64,000 nt of DNA from Candidatus Binatia bacterium (GTDB taxonomy: Bacteria; Desulfobacterota; Binatia; UBA9968; CAXXLF01), in the NCBI GenBank assembly GCA_963664015.2, contig CAXXLF010000001.1, positions 960,001-1,024,000 on the forward strand, given 5' to 3'. The translations under genes were made by a program, and so were the position numbers. Below, piece by piece: positions 56,263 through 64,000 of the stretch (the stretch's first letter is position 1; each line of letters opens with the position of its first letter). A model generated the notes under the pieces. That model was not told the origin of the DNA. It worked only from the letters and a program-made list of their open reading frames with translations, and did no database searches.

Positions 56263-56891
56263 GATAGCTTTCCTATGACCGTAAGGCCTCCCTTGACCTT
56301 CTGCCCCTCGGTAACAGCCACGCTAGAGCCCCCGGGCAAGAAGAGATCGACTCGGGACCCAAACATTATTATCCCTAATCTCTGCCCTTTTGCCAACTCC
56401 TGACCTTCCTTCACATAGCAGATAATGCGCCGGGCCAAAAGGCCTGCGATCTGTACGACTTCCACATCCCCACCCCCACGATTCGTCATACGCACAGCAT
56501 TTTGCTCATTTACCTGAGAAGCCTCTTGCCTGAAAGCCGCGAGGAATTTGCCCCGCTGATAGCGTATGGTCCCAACGCGCCCTTGGATCGGCGCCCGGTT
56601 CACATGGACATTAAAAACAGACAAAAAGATGCTAATTCGAATTTGGTCCGGTTCCGTGCTCCCTTCGGGGCTCGACTCCTTCTTGATTCCAACCACTTTT
56701 CCATCGGCCGGGGCCAGAATCACCCCCTCCTCGGTTGGTCCATTTCGCTCCGGATCCCGGAAGAAATATATAAAGGCCAAGGCAAAGAATACGCAGATCG
56801 TCGGAACCCATACCCATCCCACACCGAAAGTAATAAGGGCGCCAAGCGAGGCAGCGAGTATCCAGGGGTAACCTTCTCGGGCAATCTTCAA
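56259..56891 (-). CDS. psd: Phosphatidylserine decarboxylase proenzyme
   Basis: Motifs FFRDPER, APADGKV, HVNRAP, QIAGLLARRI and cleavage motif FGSRVD. Confidence 0.95.
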   Translation of the reverse strand: MKIAREGYPWILAASLGALITFGVGWVWVPTICVFFALAFIYFFRDPERNGPTEEGVILAPADGKVVGIKKESSPEGSTEPDQIRISIFLSVFNVHVNRAPIQGRVGTIRYQRGKFLAAFRQEASQVNEQNAVRMTNRGGGDVEVVQIAGLLARRIICYVKEGQELAKGQRLGIIMFGSRVDLFLPGGSSVAVTEGQKVKGGLTVIGKLS

Positions 56892-56995
56892 TCTAAGTTC
56901 TGAGCTTTTAGCCGTCAGATATCAGCCAGCAGAAGTGACACCGAGTCTATTCCTTCTAGTTGACCGTTGATCTCACTAAAAGCTTTACGCTCCCT

Positions 56996-58012
56996 TCAAT
57001 TTTTGCTCTTGTCCACCAGCCGATTTTGACCAAGCCAGGGCATCATGGCCCTAAGCCGCTCTCCCACCTTTTCAACGGGGTGGGCTGCCCCCTGCTTCCT
57101 CAGCTCGGTAAAACGTGGCATGCCGGAGCGATATTCGGCAACCCATTCCTCTGCAAACTTTCCCGATTGAATGTCCTTGAGTATAACCTGCATCACCTGC
57201 CGGACTTCGGGGCCTATCACCTTGGTGCCACGGGTAAGATCTCCGTATTCAGCCGTGTTGCTGATGGAATAGCGCATATTGGTCAAACCACCTTCGTAAA
57301 TCAGGTCGACAATCAATTTGACCTCATGAAGGCATTCAAAATAGGCCATCTCCGGTGGATAGCCCGCATCGACCAGAGTCTCATATCCGGCCAGAATCAA
57401 TGCGGAAAGACCGCCGCATAATACGGATTGTTCACCGAAGAGGTCGGTTTCGGTTTCATCCTTAAACGTGGTCTCCAAAATAGCTGCACGACCGGCTCCG
57501 ATGGCACTCCCGTAAGCCATACCCACTTGCCTGGTATCTCCAGAGGGGTCCTGAAAAATGGCAAGCAACGAAGGGACTCCTCTTCCCTTTTCGAATTCAC
57601 TCCGTACCAGGTGCCCCGGCCCCTTGGGAGCCACCATGAATACGTTGACCCCTTCGGGGGGAACGATTTTTTTGAAGTGAATATTAAACCCATGGGCAAA
57701 GGCCAAATAATTTCCTTTTTGCAAGCCCGGTTTGATTTCTGTTTCATAAACCATTCCCTGGACCTCATCGGGTAAAAGGACCATTACCACATCTCCGGCC
57801 TTAACGGCATCCAGTGGCTCCATGACCTTGAAACCCGACGTCTTGGCCTTGGGGACAGAAGAACTATCGGCGCGCAACCCCACAATGACTTTCATCCCCG
57901 AGTCCCGAAGGTTATTCGCGTGGGCATGCCCTTGGCTGCCGTAGCCCAGAATAGAAATCTGCTTGTCTTTTAAAAAACTAAAGTCAGCATCCGGATCGTA
58001 ATAGACCTGCAT
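56996..58012 (-). CDS. ilvC: Ketol-acid reductoisomerase
   Basis: Motifs [19 protein letters not shown] and [15 protein letters not shown]. Confidence 0.98.
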   Translation of the reverse strand: MQVYYDPDADFSFLKDKQISILGYGSQGHAHANNLRDSGMKVIVGLRADSSSVPKAKTSGFKVMEPLDAVKAGDVVMVLLPDEVQGMVYETEIKPGLQKGNYLAFAHGFNIHFKKIVPPEGVNVFMVAPKGPGHLVRSEFEKGRGVPSLLAIFQDPSGDTRQVGMAYGSAIGAGRAAILETTFKDETETDLFGEQSVLCGGLSALILAGYETLVDAGYPPEMAYFECLHEVKLIVDLIYEGGLTNMRYSISNTAEYGDLTRGTKVIGPEVRQVMQVILKDIQSGKFAEEWVAEYRSGMPRFTELRKQGAAHPVEKVGERLRAMMPWLGQNRLVDKSKN

Positions 58013-58328
58013 TTCCGGTCCTCCCTCTCGACAATTATTTGTAAGGATATCTGCCCACTACCTTGCCTGTCAACCATGTCTCATTCATTCGTGTTTCTAA
58101 ACGATGTCTTTCTCCATGAAGCGCCCCACCGAACCCATGGGTTCTATTCAATCAATGACCGTTGGCCCCAATTCTCCCGTACCGGATTCCGGCTTCGGGG
58201 GCCTGGGTTGAGTGTACTCTAGCAATGGCTATTAGCTATTAGATGATGCGCGGTGACGGGTCTCATGCCGGGAAACCACACGGTGGGTACCCTTTTAACC
58301 AGCCGTTTAAGACACGCTCGCTGACAGA

Positions 58329-58865
58329 TCAAAGGCCGTTTTCGGAGCGTGCCTTGGCTGCCTGAAGCTCCTGATGAGATACGACACGTGCAGCTTCCCG
58401 GGAAATAGCGATTCGTCCTGTGCGCACGAGTTCCTTAATCCCCAAAGGCTTGAGCAAATTGATCATGGCCTTGATCTTACTCGTATCGCCCGTGATTTCG
58501 ATCGTATAGGTACTGGGAGTGGAGTCTACAATTTTGGCTCTGAATATCTCACAGACTCGAATGGCTTCATCCCGATGTTCGAGTTTCGCGTTAATTTTGA
58601 TTAGAGTCGTCTCTCTCTCTACATAATCGGTTTCGGTCAAATCCACCACCTTCAAGACCTCAATGACCTTGTTCAGCTGTTTGATGATCTGCTCGATAAT
58701 CTGATCATCCCCAGCAGTTACGATAGTGATCATTGAGGTCGCCGGATCTAAAGTCGGCGCCACCGAGAGACTCTCAATGTTATACCCCCTGGCGCTGAAA
58801 AGTCCCGCAACACGTGCCAGCACACCAAATTTGTTCTCCACAAGTGTTGAAATGATATGTTCCAT
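58329..58865 (-). CDS. ilvN: Acetolactate synthase small (regulatory) subunit
   Basis: Motifs VENKFGVLARVAGLFSARGYNIESL and ELVRTG. Confidence 0.97.
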   Translation of the reverse strand: MEHIISTLVENKFGVLARVAGLFSARGYNIESLSVAPTLDPATSMITIVTAGDDQIIEQIIKQLNKVIEVLKVVDLTETDYVERETTLIKINAKLEHRDEAIRVCEIFRAKIVDSTPSTYTIEITGDTSKIKAMINLLKPLGIKELVRTGRIAISREAARVVSHQELQAAKARSENGL

Positions 58866-58877
58866 GAGCGACTAGAG

Positions 58878-60668
58878 CTAAGCCGGAAGGATGCCCTCTT
58901 CATCTTCATCGGGCTTTTCGACCTTCTTCTTATGACCGGTTCCGCCCCGGGCTTTTTTCATCTCAGGCGGATCCTCCAACAACATTTCATCGTGCGCGTG
59001 ACCGGAAGGAATCATGGGGTAGCAACCCTCGGAAGGGTCTACGGTAAAATCCATCAGGACGGGCCCTTTGTGTTTCACCCCTTCACGAATGACCGCTTCA
59101 ACTTGTGAAGGCTTCTCAGCACGCAGGCCAAGGATACCGTAGGCTTCGGCCAACTTGGTAAAATCCGGGACGTTGCCCAGTTGACTTGAGGCGTACCGAC
59201 CTTCATAAAACAGGTCCTGCCATTGCCTGACCATCCCGTGACACTGATTGTTGAGCAGCACTATTTTGACCGGAAGCTTGTAAATGACCGCGGTGGCCAG
59301 TTCTTGCAGATTCATTTGGAAGCTTCCCTCACTGGTAATGCAAACGACCAGTTTTTCAGGAAAGGCCTTCTGAGCGCCAAGGGCAGCGGGGAAACCGAAT
59401 CCCATGGTACCGAGCCCCCCCGATGTCAAAAACCTCCGTGGCTTCGCCCCTCGAAAATACTGAGCAGCCCACATCTGGTGCTGGCCCACGTCCGTTGCAA
59501 TAATGCCTTCATTTTTGGTTAGCTCATAAAGCTTTTCGATAACGAACTGGGGTTTGGTGAGATTGTCGTCTTGGTTATACTTGAAAGGATATGCTTGTTT
59601 CCACTCATCAATTTGTTTGAGCCAACCCCCTCTGAGCTGCTTGATTGCCTTTGGATTGCCATCCATCGAACGGAGCATGACGTTCAACTGACGAAGCACC
59701 GCTTTGACGTCTCCAACAATGGGGATATGAGCATGGATGGTCTTCTGGATGGAAGTCGGATCGATATCGATATGAACGATACGGGCTCTGGGAGAAAATC
59801 CGGAAACATTGCCGGTCACTCGATCATCAAAGCGCGCCCCTACGGCGATGATCAAATCCGCGTCATGCATTGCCTTGTTGGCCCAAAATCCCCCGTGCAT
59901 TCCCAGCATTCCCATGGAAAGAGGATGGGTGCCCGGGAACACGCCGAGCCCCATTAACGTCAGGTTAACCGGGATCTGAGTCAGTTCAGCCAACTCCAGC
60001 AGCTCGGAGGAGGCATCGGATAAAACAGCCCCCCCTCCAACGTAGAGTACCGGCTGCTTCGCCTTTAAAATGGCTTCGGCGGCCTGCTTGATCTGGTACT
60101 TGTTCCCTTCGAAGGCGGGGCTGTAACCCGGCAGGTTAACCTTATCCGGATTCTTGAATTCGGTCGTATTCGTGCTCACATCCTTGGGAATATCGACCAG
60201 CACCGGTCCTGGCCTTCCCGTTGTCGCGATATGGAAAGCCTCCTTGATAATCGAAGCCAGATCAGCCACATCCTTAACCAGGATGTTGTGCTTGGTACAG
60301 GGTCGACTGATTCCTGCGTTGTCCGCTTCTTGAAAGGCATCGTTACCAATCATGCTGGTGGAGACCTGACCGGTAAAAGCCACCAGAGGAACCGAGTCCA
60401 TATAGGCATCGGCCAGGCCCGTCACGATATTGGTCATCCCGGGCCCGGAAGTCACCAATGCCACACCCGGTTTGCCCGTCGCCTTGGCATACCCCTCAGC
60501 CATATGGGCAGCGCCTTGCTCATGTCGCGTCAATACGACTTCAACGTCCTTTTGCTGATGCAAGACGTCAAAGATATGAAGCACCACACCACCGGGGATT
60601 CCAAACACAACACGAACCCCCTCACGTTTGAGCATCTCGACAAATATCTCGGAACCGTTTTTCTTCAT
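58878..60668 (-). CDS. ilvB: Acetolactate synthase large subunit
   Basis: Motifs RHEQGAAHMAEGYA, TSGPG, GRPGPVL, DVGQHQMW and SGGLGTMGFG. Confidence 0.97.
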   Translation of the reverse strand: MKKNGSEIFVEMLKREGVRVVFGIPGGVVLHIFDVLHQQKDVEVVLTRHEQGAAHMAEGYAKATGKPGVALVTSGPGMTNIVTGLADAYMDSVPLVAFTGQVSTSMIGNDAFQEADNAGISRPCTKHNILVKDVADLASIIKEAFHIATTGRPGPVLVDIPKDVSTNTTEFKNPDKVNLPGYSPAFEGNKYQIKQAAEAILKAKQPVLYVGGGAVLSDASSELLELAELTQIPVNLTLMGLGVFPGTHPLSMGMLGMHGGFWANKAMHDADLIIAVGARFDDRVTGNVSGFSPRARIVHIDIDPTSIQKTIHAHIPIVGDVKAVLRQLNVMLRSMDGNPKAIKQLRGGWLKQIDEWKQAYPFKYNQDDNLTKPQFVIEKLYELTKNEGIIATDVGQHQMWAAQYFRGAKPRRFLTSGGLGTMGFGFPAALGAQKAFPEKLVVCITSEGSFQMNLQELATAVIYKLPVKIVLLNNQCHGMVRQWQDLFYEGRYASSQLGNVPDFTKLAEAYGILGLRAEKPSQVEAVIREGVKHKGPVLMDFTVDPSEGCYPMIPSGHAHDEMLLEDPPEMKKARGGTGHKKKVEKPDEDEEGILPA

Positions 60669-60690
60669 TGGCTACCCCGGCTGATCAATG

Positions 60691-60906
60691 CTACTGGTAT
60701 TTCTTCAAGAGTTCCATGATCTTATCTTTTCCTGTGAGCTTGAGTTTTTGGATCTTTTTCTTCTCAACCTCTTCCTCAGCGGTCAAATACCGATTCTGAA
60801 ATAAGAGCAACTTATCTTCCAGATCTAGGTGTTCTTCATAATACCGTTTGAGTTCGGGGTCCTTATCCAAAAGAGAAACAAGAATTTTTTGATCAACCTG
60901 CTCCAT
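60691..60906 (-). CDS. DUF465/YdcH-family small protein
   Basis: Pattern YEEH..LE, YLT.EEE.E.K..QK.KL..KD; usual position upstream of ilvB. Confidence 0.8.
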   Translation of the reverse strand: MEQVDQKILVSLLDKDPELKRYYEEHLDLEDKLLLFQNRYLTAEEEVEKKKIQKLKLTGKDKIMELLKKYQ

Positions 60907-61124
60907 GGAAGACCTCCTTTTTGTATTATTACCTAGAACCAGAAAATTTATCTCACGCTATCGGTTTTGTCAACGGAACCTTCCTTCCTCTAAAAAGCCG
61001 GGAAATCGTAGAATTACTCCTATTGTTCAACGCCTTACCGCATGTACCTGGGGCGCGATTCAACCGCACTACTATTGGAAATAAGGCGGGGTACGTCTAA
61101 TAGGGTCGACACCCCTCCTTATCC

Positions 61125-61865
61125 CTATCTGGGTCTCTTCATGAATTCTGCTTCCGAGGGTCTCAAGTAAACCGGGGCCAAGAGGTCGGGAGAGTCGAAT
61201 TCCCCTTTTTCGACTCGCTCCACTGCCAGCCATGCTACTGCGAAGGCGATCGATGGATAGTCTTCTCCGTAGGTCAGCACCCCTTGATCCCCCCAGTGAT
61301 CTCGGATCAGGGATTCATATACCGCGCTGCCGTCACCGATGAAAAGACAATTGCCAGAACCCGATTGTCTGCTTCGTTCAAGAATCGAATTCGGCGAGCA
61401 AACAAGGTCCTCGACGAGGCGAACAAACCCCTCGTCCTCACTTCTCCGAAACAGTGCGGTATAAACCTCTTTTTTACGAGCATCCAGCATGGGGCAAATT
61501 AAGCCATTCCAGTTGCTCACCCGGGACGCAATAGCCAACAACGTGGGGATACCAACAAGCGGGACGTTCCACCCATATGCGAGCCCCTTGACCGTGCTTA
61601 GGCCTATGCGAAGTCCCGTAAATGAGCCCGGCCCGATGGAAACGGCTAAGGCCCCGATCTGCTGCCAGGAGCAATGGGTATTTTTGAAAAGGGACTCTAC
61701 CAAAGGCAGGAGGGTCTCTGCATGATTGGTTCTACGAGCAGGAAAAGACAACCCTGAGGCCGGCTTATCGCCAGCGCCGCGGACTTCCTCTTGAATCAAC
61801 CTTCCATTTTCGATGAGTGCACCGCTGGCCGTACCAGTCGATGTATCAAGCCCAAGGATAATCAT
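61125..61865 (-). CDS. tsaB: tRNA threonylcarbamoyladenosine biosynthesis protein
   Basis: Motifs LGLDTST, HAETL, GPGSFTGLRIG, DARKKEVY and P.YLR. Confidence 0.95.
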   Translation of the reverse strand: MIILGLDTSTGTASGALIENGRLIQEEVRGAGDKPASGLSFPARRTNHAETLLPLVESLFKNTHCSWQQIGALAVSIGPGSFTGLRIGLSTVKGLAYGWNVPLVGIPTLLAIASRVSNWNGLICPMLDARKKEVYTALFRRSEDEGFVRLVEDLVCSPNSILERSRQSGSGNCLFIGDGSAVYESLIRDHWGDQGVLTYGEDYPSIAFAVAWLAVERVEKGEFDSPDLLAPVYLRPSEAEFMKRPR

Positions 61866-61873
61866 GAAAAAGC

Positions 61874-61988
61874 CATCAGCAATTAGCGGTCAGCAATCAG
61901 GGAAGCTTGAATTAACAGCTGCAGGCTGTCACCCGTAAGCCGAATGAAACAATTAGCTGAACGCCAATGGTTGACAGCCGAGAACTAG
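61874..61988. repeat. Intergenic heptamer-periodic inverted array
   Basis: Units catcagc aattagc ggtcagc aatcagg ... tagctga acgccaa tggttga cagccga. Confidence 0.5.
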
Positions 61989-63055
61989 CCTTCAAAAAAC
62001 CTAGCGATGTCATTATAAAATGCGTAGATCATAACGAGGATCAGAACAAATACCCCGACCTGTTGGGCTCTTTCCCGGTATTTAAGTTCTACCGGCCGAC
62101 CACGCATCCACTCCAATACGAAGAAGAGAACATGTCCACCGTCCAGGATCGGGATAGGCAAGAGGTTCAACACCCCCAGGTTCACACTCAGAATGGCAAC
62201 GAAAAACAGAAAATTCCAGACACCTTGACGAGCCTGCTCTCCGGCCAGCTGGGCGATGAGGAGAGGCCCTCCCAGGTTTTTGGGTGAGATGTCTCCGCTA
62301 ACCATTTTATAAAGAGCTACCAGGGTCAGGACCGAGTACTCCCCTGTCCGATAAAAGGCCTGCCCGATAGCGGTCAAGGGATTACTCTTTTCCACTGAAA
62401 CGGTGCTACCGATCCCGATGACCCAATACGTTGTGTTCTCACCGAAAACGGTCTTGCCTTCCTTCTCGACGGGCTGAACCTTGACCTGCATCTCACGACC
62501 GTCCCTTTCGACACGGAGAACCAGAGGTTGACCCTGGCTATTCTTGATATTCGCTGAAAGCTCTTCCCAACTACCAATATGCTCAGATTCGATAACCAGA
62601 ATCCGATCGCCCTTTTGCAACCCCGCTTGAGCGGCGGGAGAGTTCGGTTCGACCGCACCGATCTGATTGATCAGCACAGGGGTCCCAAAAAACATGAAGA
62701 TTGAAGCGAAGACAACGATAGCCAGGATAAAATTAAATATCGGTCCCGCCGCGACGATGGCAATGCGCTTGCCCAAACTTTTATTCGAAAAGGATTTTTC
62801 CAGATCGCCCGACTGAACCTCCTGGTCGGGATCCTCCCCAACCATCTTGACGTACCCTCCCAGAGGAAAGGCGCTCACGACGTACTCGGTTTCGCCCACC
62901 TTTTTGGAAATGATCTTGGGTCCGAAACCAATGGAAAACGTCACCACCCCCACACCGGACTTCTTCGCGACTATGAAGTGACCAAATTCGTGGAAGGCGA
63001 TGAGTATCCCCAAAGCTACCAAAGCCGAAACCACTGCCCAGATGATCGTTACCAT
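61985..63055 (-). CDS. rseP: RIP metalloprotease RseP
   Basis: Motifs HEFGH, FSIGFGP, PLGGYVKM, a PDZ domain and NLLPIPILDGGH. Confidence 0.97.
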   Translation of the reverse strand: MVTIIWAVVSALVALGILIAFHEFGHFIVAKKSGVGVVTFSIGFGPKIISKKVGETEYVVSAFPLGGYVKMVGEDPDQEVQSGDLEKSFSNKSLGKRIAIVAAGPIFNFILAIVVFASIFMFFGTPVLINQIGAVEPNSPAAQAGLQKGDRILVIESEHIGSWEELSANIKNSQGQPLVLRVERDGREMQVKVQPVEKEGKTVFGENTTYWVIGIGSTVSVEKSNPLTAIGQAFYRTGEYSVLTLVALYKMVSGDISPKNLGGPLLIAQLAGEQARQGVWNFLFFVAILSVNLGVLNLLPIPILDGGHVLFFVLEWMRGRPVELKYRERAQQVGVFVLILVMIYAFYNDIARFFEG

Positions 63056-64000
63056 ACTGCAATCTCCTTGGATCTGCTCGCTACATGGGACGCCGCATAC
63101 TCCCGGGCCCAGCGGTCTACCTCCAGGATTTCGGAAATGTCCTGAGGTTGGGTTGCAGCATGGGCCTCTGTAGTCCTTTGTATAATTTTATGTATATCAC
63201 GGAATCCGATACGATTTTGCAGGAAGGCCCCAACAGCGACTTCATTGGCCGCATTGAGGACCGCGGGCATAGTGCCTCCCACCGCCAGCGCGTCATAGGC
63301 CAGTCTTAAAGCGGGATAGCGCTCGGGCTCCACCGGCAAAAAGTTTAACCCGCCCATTTGCCTAAGATCCAGCGTAGGAAGGTTCATCTTAAGGCGATAA
63401 GGACAGGAAAGGGCATAGGCAATGGGAATCTGCATATCGGGTATCCCCAATTGAGCAATTATTGTGCCATCCTGGTAACGAACCATGGAATGGACAATGC
63501 TTTCCGGATGGACCACAACTTCGACTTTCTCTAGCTCCATATCGAACAGCCAGCGCGCCTCAATGACCTCAAGACCTTTATTCATCATCGTTGCCGAATC
63601 GATCGTAATCTTAGGACCCATTTTCCAGTTGGGATGCTTGAGCGCCTGCTCCACGGTGACCTGGTCCAACTTTTTCAAATCTGTACGCAGGAAGGGTCCA
63701 CCGGAAGCCGTCAGGATGATTTGATCCGCTTCTTCCTTACGATTGCCCTGGAGGCACTGAAAAACGGCACTGTGCTCGCTATCCACAGGTACAAGTCGGG
63801 AGCCATTTTTCTTGGCCTCACGAAGGAACAGTTCCCCGGCCATGACCAGGGCCTCCTTATTGGCCAGGGCAACCTCCTTACCGGCCTGGACCGCAGCCAG
63901 CGTAGGGCCTAGTCCAGCTCCACCAACGATGGCAGCTACCACGACATCGACTCCGGACCCCGTCGCGACAGACCTGGCACCCGCCTCACCCCACAGAACC
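63049..64000 (-). CDS. dxr: 1-deoxy-D-xylulose 5-phosphate reductoisomerase (5' part outside window)
   Basis: Motifs ALANKEALV, PVDSEHSA, LTASGGPF, HPNW.MG.KITIDSATM and NAANEVAV. Confidence 0.97.
   Translation of the reverse strand, partial: VLWGEAGARSVATGSGVDVVVAAIVGGAGLGPTLAAVQAGKEVALANKEALVMAGELFLREAKKNGSRLVPVDSEHSAVFQCLQGNRKEEADQIILTASGGPFLRTDLKKLDQVTVEQALKHPNWKMGPKITIDSATMMNKGLEVIEARWLFDMELEKVEVVVHPESIVHSMVRYQDGTIIAQLGIPDMQIPIAYALSCPYRLKMNLPTLDLRQMGGLNFLPVEPERYPALRLAYDALAVGGTMPAVLNAANEVAVGAFLQNRIGFRDIHKIIQRTTEAHAATQPQDISEILEVDRWAREYAASHVASRSKEIAVW

Noticed and set aside
58013-58328. ncRNA or riboswitch in the long ilvN-ilvC spacer
   Set aside because: Only short hairpins are visible, with no recognisable tRNA, T-box or riboswitch consensus.

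Overview
Bacterial chromosomal window with no rRNA, tRNA, CRISPR array, transposase or integrase detected. The housekeeping gene order dxr-rseP-tsaB-DUF465-ilvBNC-psd-pssA-leuA-leuB-asd-truA resembles deltaproteobacterial lineages, possibly Binatota (inference). Positions 1 to about 43.9 kb form a dense aromatic/heteroaromatic catabolic island built from paralog expansions. It holds 6 Rieske oxygenase alpha subunits (only 1 beta, no reductase or ferredoxin), 3 UbiD decarboxylases, 4 heme-oxygenase-like diiron (HDO) proteins, 6 monocupins plus 1 bicupin, a NahE/PhdJ-type hydratase-aldolase, a phthalate-dioxygenase/dihydrodiol-dehydrogenase-like pair, 2 family III CoA-transferases, 2 beta-hydroxyacid dehydrogenases and an orphan CoxM/CoxS pair. 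The best candidate for a novel system is five metal-site cupins that share a nearly invariant N-terminal arm (MERERVREKEP...). One of them heads a putative operon with a ligand-less partner cupin, an EutA-like ASKHA protein with degenerate ATP motifs, a Cdc48/VCP-like AAA+ ATPase whose D2 Walker B reads DQ instead of DE, and a class II aldolase. A pattern of one non-catalytic partner serving several catalytic paralogs recurs in the cupins, HDOs and Rieske subunits. Also found: an unannotated UGA-containing (probable selenocysteine, UxxC) glutaredoxin, a frameshifted radical SAM pseudogene and heptamer-periodic intergenic arrays. Positions about 50.7-64 kb are core metabolism. All calls come from reading motifs by eye; no searches were run.
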